Positions 1 to 11,553 of a stretch of 32,423 bases of DNA are shown piece by piece. A model generated the notes under the pieces. It made no database searches. It saw nothing but the letters and a program-made list of their open reading frames with translations, and was not told where the DNA came from. The position numbers and the translations under genes are program-made. This stretch comes from Octopus bimaculoides (taxonomy: Eukaryota): positions 72,487,700 through 72,520,122 of the forward strand of contig NC_068981.1 of the NCBI RefSeq assembly GCF_001194135.2, written 5' to 3'. Each line of letters starts with the position of its first letter. The stretch's first letter is position 1.

Positions 1-41
<41 letters not shown>

Positions 42-50
42 TATATATAT
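1..50. repeat. Compound (AT)n(AC)n(AT)n microsatellite
   Basis: Directly visible dinucleotide runs at the window start. Confidence 0.97.
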
Positions 51-79
51 AAACGTTTGCGTACATTTAAAATTTTTTT

Positions 80-125
80 TACAAGTTTCAGTACGAGAGT
101 TGCGGCCATGCTGGGGTACAGCATT
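80..125 (-). mobile_element. Short 3'-tail fragment of SINE family A
   Basis: gtttcagtacgagagttgcggccatgctggggtac resembles tttcaatcattagactgcagccatgctgagg at ~11998-12028, the tail of the family A copy. Confidence 0.35.
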
Positions 126-426
126 TGCTTTGCTACGCTTTCACTAAAATTTTTCTGATATGTGACATTTGGTGAACACTGCTCTCATCTGCGTTTCTTG
201 CTGTCAAGCAGGTTCATCCGGGACTCTTGACAGGAGATCCAGTTTTGTTTTGAAGACGCCGACACCCACCCCATATAGATCTCTCTGGTTTTGTAAGAAG
301 ATATTCAATAGCTGTGGGCCTTTGAAGCCCAGGCTGTTGCAGTATCTGGTCCCGTATCCTGATGGCAATGCTGTGAATTTTGGTACTATACAATGGCACC
401 CCATTCTGCTGATTATGTAACTTACA

Positions 427-494
427 ATGCCAAAGTTCTAGGATTTCCCTGATGTATATAATGCCAAAGTTCTAGGATTTTCCTGATGTATATA
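427..494. repeat. 34-bp tandem duplication inside the LINE remnant
   Basis: atgccaaagttctaggatttccctgatgtatata (427-460) is followed by atgccaaagttctaggattttcctgatgtatata (461-494), one mismatch. Confidence 0.95.
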
Positions 495-537
495 ACCGAG
501 TATCTTTCTCACCTTTGTTCTAGGGAGTAGAGTCTTT

Positions 538-582
538 GCTTCTTCAATCTTAGCTTCTTCAATCCTAGCTTCTTCAATCACA
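538..582. repeat. 15-bp unit x3 (triplicated RLKKL-like codons of the LINE)
   Basis: gcttcttcaatctta / gcttcttcaatccta / gcttcttcaatcaca. Confidence 0.9.
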
Positions 583-957
583 GTAGCTAACATGTTAATT
601 TGAACCGGGGGAGGGGTCTTTAAAATTATTGTACTTTCATTAGCGCCATTGAAGACCAGGATACGGGATTACACGCAAGTTAACAGGGCAACTTTTCGAG
701 GTATTACTTAACCACAAGTGAAGTTCCAGTCCTATATGGAGGCACATTTTCACTGCGAAACTTGCCCACCATGAATATGGAAATTGTTTTAAGTAGTTCA
801 ACATCTACCCTTATCCTTGGCTGGTTGCTTATATTTCTGGATTAACGAGAGCTTCTAAAAGGATTGCATTTACTGCGGCTGTACAAATAATTTCTCTACT
901 TAAGAAGTTATCTTATATTAAAAGATATGCTAGGAAAGCTGCGGGATCAGTAGGCGT

Positions 958-1135
958 GAAGAAAGAAAGAAAGAAAGAAAGAAAGAGAGAAGGAGAGAGA
1001 AAAGGGGATTAGAAGAGTAAAGAAAGGAAGTGGAAAGAATACTTTATGTAAGATAAGAATACAGAAATATACAGAAAGAAACAAAGAAGAAAAAAGCCAG
1101 AAGGGGATGAGAAGTCTATAAGAAGACTAATCAGT
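958..1135. repeat. Purine-rich (GAAA)n/GA low-complexity tract
   Basis: gaaagaaagaaagaaagaaag followed by mostly A/G sequence. Confidence 0.85.
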
Positions 1136-1329
1136 AATTTAAGGGAAATTAAGATTAGGACGAAGTGATAGCGATGCGAACAAGGAATAGTTTCAAGAAA
1201 TTGACATTTGATTAATGGGTAGACTATTCAGGTGATTTAGGAAGTAGAGTAGATCATCATTAATTTTATGTGAGATCGTAGGAGAAGAAAGAGGAAACCA
1301 ACAAGTTCATACAGCACTGAATTTTCTTT

Positions 1330-1620
1330 TCGACTTTTCTACGACGGCCTCTCATCCTTTAAAATAACAATCTACATTCTACCAACAAGTGCTGACAGTG
1401 CCTGTCTCTTTTTTTGTCATCGTCTCTGTATATGCCACACCCCATTAAATTCCACACAAAATACATTTCCAATAATTTTTATCCAGAGCTGAAAGATACC
1501 TACGTTTTTCCTGCAAATATTGATCCACAGAAGTTCAAATTTAGCATCAAACCATATTGCTCTCAAATGATCCTACTACAAAGGTCATGGCCACTGGCCT
1601 ACATCCTACAATGATAAATT
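1330..1620 (+). mobile_element. Probable CR1/L2-group LINE 3' remnant
   Basis: The ORF at 1414-1614 contains TKYISNNFYPELKDTYVFPANIDPQKFKFSI, resembling RT.Y.NSFFPRT..LWN.LP..VFP..YD...FK at CR1-group C-termini. Heavily decayed. Confidence 0.4.
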
Positions 1621-1634
1621 AAAAGTAATGTGTG

Positions 1635-1636
<2 letters not shown>

Positions 1637-1723
<87 letters not shown>
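1637..1723. repeat. (GA)n microsatellite
   Basis: Directly visible, with one short interruption. Confidence 0.98.
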
Positions 1724-1725
<2 letters not shown>

Positions 1726-2947
1726 TTCAATTTTTCTTTGCAGGAACTTCAATAAATTTCGTGAAGTTTTAACGCATTATATGCCTAAATATAAGAATTA
1801 AATAAAAAGTATTTATATTACATATGTTGCCTTAGCATTCAAATATAAAGCATGCAAACTGGGCAATTATATTGTCACTGGCGGATAAGAATCCTTTGTC
1901 CTTACTTCTTAGTTAAATCTATTCCTCATCACTTACAGTTTAAACAGAGTACTTCTACGTGGGCACTTGACAGAAATATCAGCGAAAATCTCTCTCATAT
2001 TACATTTTGCTGTCTCTAAAAAGTGAACCATAAATAATGTCAATAAAAGATGGTATGGTCACTGCAGGAACAGTTTGTAGGATCTTTATTGATTGTTTTT
2101 GTAGCTGATGTTATTGTTTATTAATTGAAACACCCGAAAATGTCTTCGAAATACGCATTACGTTGTCATCCTTAATTCACGATAAACGCAACAATAATGT
2201 TTCTGGAGATGTCAGCTGGAGTTATTTCTTCCATTTTCCAAGAAAACAATTGCACTCAGATAACAAGAACAATTCGAAGAATAACAAAACCTTATGGCAA
2301 GCTTTAGCTTTCTAGAGCTCAGAAATTTTATCATAGCGTATTTTTGTTGTACACATATTCCTTGCTGCTTGCCTGAAAATTTTGAACGTATCATTGTTTG
2401 GTAGCATGATATTTGCCTGAAGGAATTCTTGGTACTGCTAAAATTTTTTATTATAATTTCTGCTTACTGTGTCTGTTAATATCTGTCTCCACTGTGTAGT
2501 CAGGATACCAAATATTCTATTTGTTGCTAGGTAATATAAGAGCAGAGAGAGGTGCATTGGGAGTATTGTTACAACATTTGATATAATACTTTGCTGCATT
2601 TTGTTAAGGCTTTTTACATTCTATTTTCCAATTTAACCAAGATCAGCTTCGTATTTTATCCTTCCAGGGGTTATTAAAAGAAATATAAGTCAAATATTAG
2701 GGTCGTTTTAATCAACTATACCTCGCCTTCACAATTTGTGAACATGTACCGATAATAGAAATAAATATTGCTGGTGACATAAGAAGCAACGGCATGACAT
2801 ACGCAGCCACATTTATAGTATTATATGTTTAGGTACTCTTAATCTCATTAGCATTGTATCGATAAAAATACAAGGCATCTGGGTTTTCCAAAATGTGAGT
2901 ATATGCCAAATAAAAGCTGTAAGTTTTATTCTTTGCTGTAATAATCC

Positions 2948-3033
2948 TTTCTACTATAGGCACAAGACCTGAAACTTTTGTTTAACTGGTACTTATTTTA
3001 TCAATCTCGAAAGGATGAAAGGCAAAGTTGACC
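2948..3033 (-). mobile_element. Internally deleted fragment of SINE family B
   Basis: tttctactataggcacaagacctgaaa...aactggtacttattttatcaatctcgaaaggatgaaaggcaaagttgacc matches 22015-22133. Confidence 0.8.
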
Positions 3034-3099
3034 AATAATTTTATGTAAACAGTTTTGAAACAAAAACTATTGCTTTTGTAGCAGTATAAATAGTTGTAA

Positions 3100-4550
3100 T
3101 CCCAGATCATCCTTGACCAAGCAGACCTACTACACTTTCGTAGTCAGCCGAACGACAACATTCAATCCACAGTATAACTCAAGATGTACCATACTGCCAT
3201 ATTTGTTGAAGATCGAACAGCATATTCTGGCAATCAGTCGTTATTTGCATAAGATATAGTATGACAATCTGGACATGCTGTATTTTCTTCTGTGTAGTCT
3301 ATTTCTGTATGCTTGTTAACTTCAAATTAGTCCCGAGTGAGTATGCCTATGATGAAAAAACTTCCAGTCGTGACCATCTAGTAATTTTTCTAGGCATCGT
3401 GTATATAACATTACATTATCCAGTATGTCTGTCCGTTCGTTAAGATATTAGGGCATGGTTTAAGGAAGATTTAACTACTGTGTCCAGTTATTTTTTATGT
3501 TTTTTTTTAATGTTTATCTGGTGTAAGGATTATGTATTTAGAAAGGTGCTTAAGTAGTATTCTGTGATGCAGTCGTACCTGCTTGTTTGTAGGCGATTGC
3601 GCATATAGTAGCTTGAAGGTTAGACTGCAAGGATGAGAGCTTACTGCAACAAGAAACTATGTCCCTAGCATGTCGAAATTTTCTTTCATGTTCTGTATTT
3701 TTGTTTAATCGTGAAGCTTGCCTACGTGCAGTTGTGTGCAGCTTGATATGTGTCTGTGCTGTTTGAATTTGTGAAGATTAATTGTGGAGGGACTGTGATG
3801 GATCGAAGACATTGTTTTAATAATAATATTGTTGTGTTTCTGTTGGTACTTGTGGTGATTTTAAGTTTTCTATGTTTGTACATCATTATGCATTTTTTCA
3901 TGAACATGATAGAGTCATTCTATATAATTCCTAGTATTTTTATATTCTATGTATGTACTATGTTTATGTTGTTGAGTGTATCAACTATTTGTAATTGATG
4001 TACTCTTGTGTTCTGGTTAGAAAAGAAATAGTAAATTGGCAGCTGTTGCATTATGTATATTGTTATGGAGAACAGGTATCGAGTCGTTTAATGTGAGTTT
4101 GGAGAAGTTATGCAGTAGTGTCTGGAGAATGGTGCAAAAATTTGACTGTGATACCATATATACATGAGATTTTGTGTATACTTAGAAAAGTCGGAACGCA
4201 GTGCGGTGCAAGCACAGCTTAACAAGGGATCGCGCGAGGCAGGGTATAGGTTTAGAAATAATGAATATGAGAATAGATACATGCAGTAATCCATTCGGAA
4301 ATTACAGATTGTAGATGGTAGCATGGGTTTCGTGATTGGAGAGGTTGCGTGTTACCCAGCCTTCTGTGCTGTTTTGTAAGAAGGTATTCAGTATTCATGA
4401 AATGGAGTAAAAAACTTGTTGATAACAATGGCATTGGAATTGATTTTCGCGTGCGTATGTGTGGGGGCGTTATTACTTTTGAAATCAACAGGAATTATAA
4501 GCTTTGTAAATAATGTGGTGATTGGATGAAGTTGTATTCTTTTTAATAGC
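3100..4550 (-). mobile_element. Ancient I/Jockey-group LINE: RT, thumb and C-terminal CCHC region
   Basis: Strong strand asymmetry (A/C-rich minus strand). Minus-strand peptides: KILGII*NDSIMFMKKC (cf. KILG+T+D..L.F..H), TTILLLKQCLRSI (cf. TLL.LYK..IRS), HRHTH (cf. TGHTH), WVTRNLSN (cf. WI..FLSNR) and ACPDCHT (~3255-3275, zinc knuckle). Many stops. Confidence 0.55.
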
Positions 4551-4559
4551 TGTTTCTCG

Positions 4560-4868
4560 TGGAGGAGGCAGCGCCTATGGCTTTTGTAAGCACCCCCGAG
4601 ACTAGTGAAACTGATGCTGTGGCTATTCTGTTTGAAGTATTAGAACTCCACCTACAGGAATACATACTCAGGAGGAGATTCCAGAAGAAAAATGTCCTGG
4701 GGAAGCAGGACTGAAGATAATCATAAATGCGGAGCCAGGAAGGTTGCAGACAACAAGAAGAATGAGTGGAGCAAAGGCAAAAGGTTTAGCAGTACCTGAG
4801 TGAAGGAGGCACAAAATCAGTCAACTCCGAGGAGCAGAGGCCATTATGAAAATTGTGTGTGTGTGTGG

Positions 4869-4899
<31 letters not shown>

Positions 4900-4903
4900 G
4901 GGA

Positions 4904-4937
<34 letters not shown>

Positions 4938-5300
4938 AAGAGAGAGAAAGTGAGGGCTGGATGGATGGGGGGAAGAGAAAGCTAGTATGTGAGTTACAGG
5001 TGGAATGTCTCTATGAGACTGAACAACATTAATATGCGGAGAGGAAAATGTGCGACTTAATGTTTCTTGAAACAAATATTTTTGAAGGAAGTCGCAGAGG
5101 AGTGATGAATTTGTGTAATGATGCCTTAGTCGGGACTCTGTTGGGCTTTAGAGTTTCGATTATTTTTGCTTAGTTTCTAAATTCTGATGATTTAACAACG
5201 TCGGTACTATAAATTACTGTTGCGTTCCTGCTGTCGCTGTTGCTTAAGCCTAGGCCAGCTCTGATCGAGGGTTGTTGGTCTGGTTTTAAACTATTTTGTG
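4560..5300 (-). mobile_element. CR1/L2-group LINE fragments nested within the older LINE
   Basis: 4560-4800 reads YDYLQSCFPRTFFFWNLL (cf. SFFPRT..LWN.LP). ~4985-5200 reads LKPNRVPTKASLHKF...LCDFLQKYLFQ (cf. KAFDRVPH..LLHKL..WI..YL). The two pieces are separated by a (GA)n tract. Confidence 0.45.
4868..4950. repeat. (GA)n microsatellite
   Basis: Directly visible imperfect GA run preceded by (TG)n. Confidence 0.97.
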
Positions 5301-5391
5301 GCCTGCACAAGATATATCAATTTTTAAAAAGTCATAAATATTAAAATGCACAAGATGAAAAGCTTTCAGCTGCGGTGACCCCGCCTTTTTG

Positions 5392-5513
5392 TATCATATT
5401 ACACATCTTCACTACAACAACTTAACACATTGCCTAACATCATATATGCATGAATCTTAAATGCACAAAGCACATTCTGGTGCAAAAATAATATGGATAT
5501 CACTAGTGGAGAC
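5392..5513 (+). repeat. Inverted diverged copy of 6569-6690 (LINE endonuclease segment)
   Basis: Ungapped 122-bp alignment to the reverse complement of 6569-6690, about 78% identity by manual count. Confidence 0.9.
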
Positions 5514-5519
5514 ATTGTC

Positions 5520-6720
5520 TAGTGTATTTCTCCTTCTGCTAAGACCCCCCCCCCATGTGCAATTTGGCTGAGATTTAGTTGCTATTTTTTTTAGGTCAAG
5601 CTTTTTATAGTGGGCGGCTTTGCCTGTTAGTGGTACGAAGGATTGGAGATATTGTTAAGTGTAGCAATCCCTTGAGACCTTAGGTGATATAGTTGCATAT
5701 TTCTTGGATGGAGTAGGTTACCGGTCGTCGATATTTTGTTTCGCTGGCGTCGAATCGAAGAAAGAGGTAGAAGTTACGTTTGTGTACGAAGTACGTACTT
5801 TGCGTTTTTGTTTTCATGCATTTTGTGTTATTGTAAGGTTTTAGTGGCTGACGTTTAAGAAATATTTAGAAAAAGTGTTTTCTTGCTTTTAGAGTGTAAC
5901 TGTTATATGGAATTGTTCATGTGGCGTTTGATAAACTGTAACCATTATAAGTATTGTTCTTTCACAATTTATTTTCAGGTTTAGTTTAGTTACAAATACT
6001 TGCCAATTTTCTGTTTCATTTTTTCTATGGTTTATTTTCTTTGTTATTTCTTTCTTTGGACGCTTCATGCTGAGTTGTATTTTGCTGTGTGTGGTGTTGG
6101 TGTGCTGTGTTTGGATATTCGTAAGCTTTTGTAACTTTAGCTATTTCAGTTCTGTAATTAAGCTTACTTTTTTATATTTCCCTTTGGGTGATGCTACTTG
6201 GAAGCACCTATAATTGTTGAAAATGTGCATTTCAGTGGCTATGCTGGTGATTATAGTGCTTTTGAATTCTGCGAACACTGACTCAGTTTGTTTGTTTTGT
6301 AGAAGTGTGTGTTGTAGAACTGTGTTTTTAAAAAAATTGTTTGCAATTTTTATATTTTGTTACTTATGTGTGAATGTGTTACTATAATAGTTTATAAGTA
6401 GTGGGAGGAAAGTTGGGGGATTTCTGCTATATGGTTGTTGCATTACTTAAATACATCCAACGGAATGTGATGCCTAGGGAGTTGTGATTATCTTACTGTT
6501 ATCATAGCGACTTAAATGTTATAGGTGTTGCTGTTTACTATGTAAAGATCTGGTTGTGATGTTATTTTGTCTCCGCTGGTGATATCTGTATAATCTTTGC
6601 ACCAGAATAAGTTTTGTGCATTAAAGTTTCATGCAAAGAAGGTGTTTAATAATGCTTTAAACAATTGTAGCGAGGATGTGTAATATGATAGGACGTTGGT
6701 GATGACGGAAGTGCTGTATA
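5520..6720 (-). mobile_element. Upstream part of the I/Jockey-group LINE (APE endonuclease and linker)
   Basis: The minus strand at ~6570-6635 reads A*NFNAQNLFWCKDYTDITSGDKI (cf. the APE motif GDFNAH...WG......G), followed by SLGITFRW. Same compositional asymmetry as 3100-4550. Confidence 0.5.
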
Positions 6721-8424
6721 TGTCGCAAGCTGAACTGAGGATGAACACGAGGAATCTTTGCAAGACGCAACGAAAATTTTAGGAAAATAAAAATAAGAAA
6801 TAAGTGGAAATCTTACCGGTGAGTGTGTTAAATTTTAAGGCACAATAAGAAAATGACTCTCCCCAGACACAACAGAATATGCTTCAGTACACGAAATCAC
6901 ATAAAAAATCTTGCAAACTAAATCCAAAAACGAAATTAATTTTATTGTTGTCGATCAAGCTTGTCATAGTTAACTTAATTTATTAGCAAGAAGACTATAT
7001 ACTTTCATATAATGAGATTATTAAAGAATAAAACTATCTCCATAATTTATTGTGTTAGTGGAATTTTATATTATCTACAAGTTTATTATCGACTATTTGT
7101 TACTGTGTATTTTGGATGAAATCTAGTGATTATGTAAGTTGTTTAAATTCAGTCTAGGGCTGCAGGCTGCAGACGTGGAAAGAGGAAATGGCAGTAACAC
7201 TGTATTTCTTTGTTACGCTTCGATGTGATTTTGGAATTTATTTATGCAAAATTTTATGCTTAAAGTTGTCTGCATATATGTGCTTGAGTATATTGTTAGG
7301 GTGCCCTTACCTTTCGAAGTATTTTGTTGTTTCATTCAAAGCCGTCACTTTTACAATCACCATACCCTCTTCCATGATTCATTCATTTGGTTTTAGGTGA
7401 AAATATCAGGTGTTTTTGAGGGAAATTTAACTGTTAGGTCGAACGAATATGCAAAGGCTCCATTTTTTGAGGTGAAAATATATAGGATTAATAATAGATA
7501 TATAGATACATAATTCTAGAATTAGAGATAGAATTTTTTGATGGTTCATGTATCAAAATATATTAGTCTTTCAGCGTTTCTTTAATTATATACTGAATTC
7601 TTATCGTTTGAAGCAAATGTATTTATCAACGCTTCATCGAATGGAAGAGGCATTTTGTGTCCGAAATTTACTCATAAAGAGAAAAAGCTAATTCTTATTA
7701 GCTTTTTCTAATTATACTGCTATTGTCTAGTGAAGATAAATTCTTCCAAACATATACAGCTACCTAAATATTTCATTATTATATTCATAATGAACCCCTG
7801 CCAAATATATATTTTTTCCGAGAAAAACAGTTCAACAAAGAAATGAATAAAAATGAAAAAGAATTACTAAAGCATTTCACCTTCTTTCATACATATATTT
7901 TCAAGAATTACATTATAAATATATAATTCCATTCTTTCAGACTGTAGCTTGTAATTCAAGGGGTACCTGGCTATAGCAATGGAATTACCACATAGATATT
8001 GCTTCTTTGGGTCGAATACGTTTATGTTCTTCAGATTCTTAGTCATCAACACTATGTTTTTCTATATTATTTTTCTATGGTATAAGTGGTTGTTTGATTA
8101 TTGTAAGTTTATGAAGGTGACACTATATATATTAATACATACACACGCACACACGTATATATAGTAAAAAAAAAACAGAAAAAGGAAAAAAAAAACACAA
8201 AAACAAACGAATGTATGGACGTAGCACAAGCAATGTATTAATAAATACGCTCAGAGAAGGGAAAGGGTAGTAGTTTTACGTTTCGAGCAAAGCTCTTCTT
8301 CGGAAACAGGAAAAACAGGAAAGTCCAAGACGAGGGAGGAAATACATCGCCAACAATCACGTGTGGTTACATTTTTGAGATGACTGGAAGTAGAGAAAGT
8401 AATTTCCGAGACAGAAGAGTGTGA

Positions 8425-9225
8425 AAATGGTCTAAGTGTGTCTGTGTGTGTGTGTGCTTGTGTGTGTGTGTGGTGGGGGTAGCGTGTGTGCCTGTGATGG
8501 TAACTGGTGTCTTTGTGATATTAACTGTGTGTGTGTTTGTGTGCGTAGTCTGTGTGTGTGGCAGGATCTGAGTGCGTGTGTGTTAAAGTCGCTCTCAGAG
8601 ATCAGTAGCTATAGTGACAGCTGTGTAAATGGGTGGGTGTGGCAAAGAGAGTGTATGTGCGTGTTTGCACGTGTGCGTAGATGGAAGGGTCAATAGGGAA
8701 GCAGAGGCAGTCTGAAGAGGGTTTATGTGTGGCTAGGTGGCTGTGGCTGTGTGAATGGGTGTGTGTGGTTGTGTGTGTGTATGTGACGGCGTGTGTACGT
8801 AGACGGAGTGGGAATGTGTATATGTGTGAGTGCTTATGTGTACGGGTGCGTGTGTCTGTATCTCTGTGTCACTCATCTCTCTCTCTCACTGTATATGTGT
8901 GTCCATGTGTTCGTGTGGGTATGTGCGTGTGGGGTCGTGTGTGTGTCTAAGTGCGTCTGAATGTGTGTTGTGTGTGTGGAGGTATATGTGCGTTCATGTG
9001 TGTGTACGTACGTGTGTGTGTCTCCTTGTGTGTGTATGTGTGTGTGCGTGCGTGTGTGCGTTCGTGCGTGAGTGTGTGCGTACGCGAGTGTTTGCGTGTG
9101 TGTGTGCGTGTGCACATATGTATGGGCGCGTGTGTGTTTCTCTTTGTCACTCTGTCTCTGTTTCTCTCTCTCTCGCTGTGTATATATATATGTGTGTATG
9201 TGTGTGTGTACGTGTGGAGATGTGT
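8425..9225. repeat. ~800-bp degenerate (TG)n/(TA)n/(TC)n compound low-complexity tract
   Basis: Directly visible. It explains the C/V-rich and T/H-rich ORFs between 8436 and 9363. Confidence 0.95.
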
Positions 9226-10849
9226 ATAAAATCACCGTTGAGTCTGTTCGAAACGTTTTATGATAAACGTACTCACATTTCACAAATCAAAGTTTTTACA
9301 ATCTGTCACACCATTCACTTCCACGCCATTTTATTTCCACTATTATTGAAAACATTATATTAAAATCAAATTGGTTTAGCTGCTGTTGAATAAATTGCCT
9401 ATAGTTAATATTTGAAATGAGTAAATCGATTTGGCAGAAGCCAATACCAAATTCTTTTTAACATTATAACTACAATTACTTCAAAAGTCTGCAGACAATC
9501 ACTGATGTGCATTTATCATCTCTGGCGTTGAAAATAAAGAAAACAAAATCATTTTTGTGTTAATTCTATCAATTTACTCAGCAAACAACGATTGTCTGCT
9601 ATAGTTATTTATTCAAAAGTTGGAAATAGAAATTATCTTCTCGAACAATTTCACTTATCATCATGTTGTTTCATCTGTTGCCATGACTAATTTAATCCCA
9701 TGCTCGTTCTACGCCATTTAATTTCCTGTAAAAAATTTCAACTTATATACTTTTTTTCCTATTGTAAATCCCTCCATTGAATAGGAAATTTCGCCAAAGA
9801 ATCAATGCAGTCTAAATATTGTAATTCAATGTCCATAATTTCCTTATTTTTTTGTATTTGTTTTTGAAAATTACGAAAATATTTCCTAATAAATTACTAC
9901 AATACAAGTACTATCAGTTATTTTTAATATTCTGTGGCCTCGTTCAGATAAATTTTGATTGTTTAGAAAGCAAACTAGTTTAGGATGATCCTCGATCGAT
10001 AGTACATCGAAACTTATAGTTAAATCTTTGTATATGATGATGGATAATAGAGTAATATGCATAATTTACAACCGAATGGCGCTGTTTATGTCATTTTTTG
10101 AAGTAGGCTTACATTAAAATTTATATTAATTTCGATCAAAATACTTTGACGAACAATTGTGATCAATTATAAACGAAGCATTTTTCTACGACTGATTAGA
10201 ATGACACTTTTCTCTGGGGGAACAGTTTAATATGTTATGGTCAGTGAGTGTGATTGGGGACATGTAGTATAAGAGCTTTGAATTACAAATGTAACTGGAT
10301 TGCTTTTCATTACTCAAACTTTGTGATTAGCAACGTAACTCGATTCTCATACTGCAACCTAGCATATGCAAGTTATGTAACAGTCAGATATTTAAGAATA
10401 TATGTTCTAATTCTGAAGCTAACAGATCATAAATATAAATGATGCAACACAAGCGATGTCAGGAAACCAAAATTATAACAACTATTACATTGTAATGTAA
10501 TTCTCACAAGAGAAAATGCTTTCAAAATTATCTGACTGATTGCAATCTAACTCAATGTTACTTAGAAACAGAATTCTAACAAATCCCTTTAAAACTGCAG
10601 TCACAGTAAAATTACAGAAAAAAAAAATTACTTTGCTAAAAAAACTCTCTTTGATACACAATATTCCGCGCATATTTCCCAGCAATTCACAACAAAATAC
10701 ATATAATAGATGTTAGTATTTAGAATAACTTATAATCACAAATTTGATCGATAAAATAGTAAGCATCGTCGGCCCAGCATCATAGAAACATCAGCATTAA
10801 GCTATATAAGAAGCTCCATGATAAGAAGCTATAACGATATGACTAACCA

Positions 10850-11050
10850 AAATCCTCTATGTTGTCGTTTGACCTGCTTGAAACAGCAACCAAATCTCCC
10901 TTAGAATAAAACAGTATCATCGTAAAAAGAAAATTAGATATTCATCCAGTATTCTGTACTCTTGGTTACATTATATTCTAAGGACTGACCGAACGATCAA
11001 TAGGCTGCCTAATCCGGACAAATTTGAACTAAACAACGACAATAACAACC
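10850..11050 (+). mobile_element. Dispersed ~200-bp repeat module (family D)
   Basis: ctctatgttgtcgtttgacctgcttgaaacagcaaccaaatc matches ctctatattgtcgtttggcctgctagaaatagcagtcaaatc at 23231-23272. It ends in ctaaacaacgacaataacaac. Confidence 0.6.
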
Positions 11051-11177
11051 AAGAGCAAACGAGGAAATCTCTCCGCTGGTACTCAACCTCTTGGAAGAAA
11101 AATCTTTCTCAAATCATACACTACCAACCTAAAAGAGAAAAGACACCTTGAATAATGATTTCAAGTTATTCTATGCA

Positions 11178-11234
11178 TTAAAGAAAGACAGGATAGTTAA
11201 AGAAAGACAGGATGCGTTAAAGAAAGACAGGATA
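11178..11234. repeat. 19-20-bp minisatellite x3
   Basis: ttaaagaaagacaggat(ag/gcg/a) repeated three times. Confidence 0.95.
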
Positions 11235-11515
11235 CCTAGTATATCTTCAGTCAGAATTAATCAGAAACTAATGCAGAACAACATCAATCTTGAAAATAGG
11301 TTTATCTTAATTAGATAAGAGCATAGATATTCAGAATATGATGGAATTGCTAGATGATATGTACAGGCCTTTACTGAAGGTGTTATTAGTGTAATTAACT
11401 GATGATATGACAGATTCTTTTGTGGAGCGATGTAGTTCGCTTGAAGCATTGGTATATAGAAGAAGGTAAAAAGAGAAAATTGAAAGCTTCTGACAATGCG
11501 GAGACTTTAATAAAA

Positions 11516-11553
11516 CCTTTATATTTCAGGCGCAGAGTCCCATCTTCAGAAGA
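11516..11553 (-). ncRNA. Degenerate minimal type I hammerhead-like motif (candidate)
   Basis: Minus strand: TCTT-CTGAAGA-T-GGG(actctgcg)CCT-GAA-ATAT-A-AAGG. This gives a CUGANGA core, a 3-bp stem II, GAA, a palindromic ATAT, and a 4-bp stem I (TCTT/AAGG with one wobble). Confidence 0.3.

Larger units (their letters stand above)
160..665 (-). mobile_element. Degraded 3' end of a CR1/L2-group LINE ORF2
   Basis: The minus strand reads RLKKLRLKKQRLYSLEQR*ERYSVIYIRKILE, then GCHCIVP...NSLGFKGPQLLNIFLQNQRDLYGVGVGVFKTKLDLLSRVPDEPA. This matches the post-RT pattern LYSLERRRERY..IY.WKILE...GP.L.N.LP...FK..LD..L..VPD.P of CR1-group LINEs. Stops and frameshifts are present. Confidence 0.75.

Noticed and set aside
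6736-6776. CTGAGGA...GAAA hammerhead-like core
   Set aside because: No stem II or stem I pairing can be formed.
7311-7375. Possible first coding exon on the minus strand (MEEGMVIVKVTALNETTKYFE then gtaagg)
   Set aside because: Only ~21 codons, no homology recognised and no partner exon found; expected by chance.
8436-9363. Overlapping ORFs up to 177 aa rich in C/V or T/H
   Set aside because: They are translations of the degenerate (TG)n tract; dinucleotide repeats lack stops.
10500-10690. Leucine-rich-repeat-like peptide fragments (also ~17880-18100, minus)
   Set aside because: Only isolated LxxLxL-like patches interrupted by stops, without periodicity; indistinguishable from AT-rich noise.
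10960-11145. RTE LINE C-terminus (WLHYILR...)
   Set aside because: The DNA is better explained as the family D module, which matches other copies in this window at nucleotide level.
11178-11234. CRISPR-like short direct repeats
   Set aside because: The units are contiguous with no spacers, the context is eukaryotic, and there are no cas genes.
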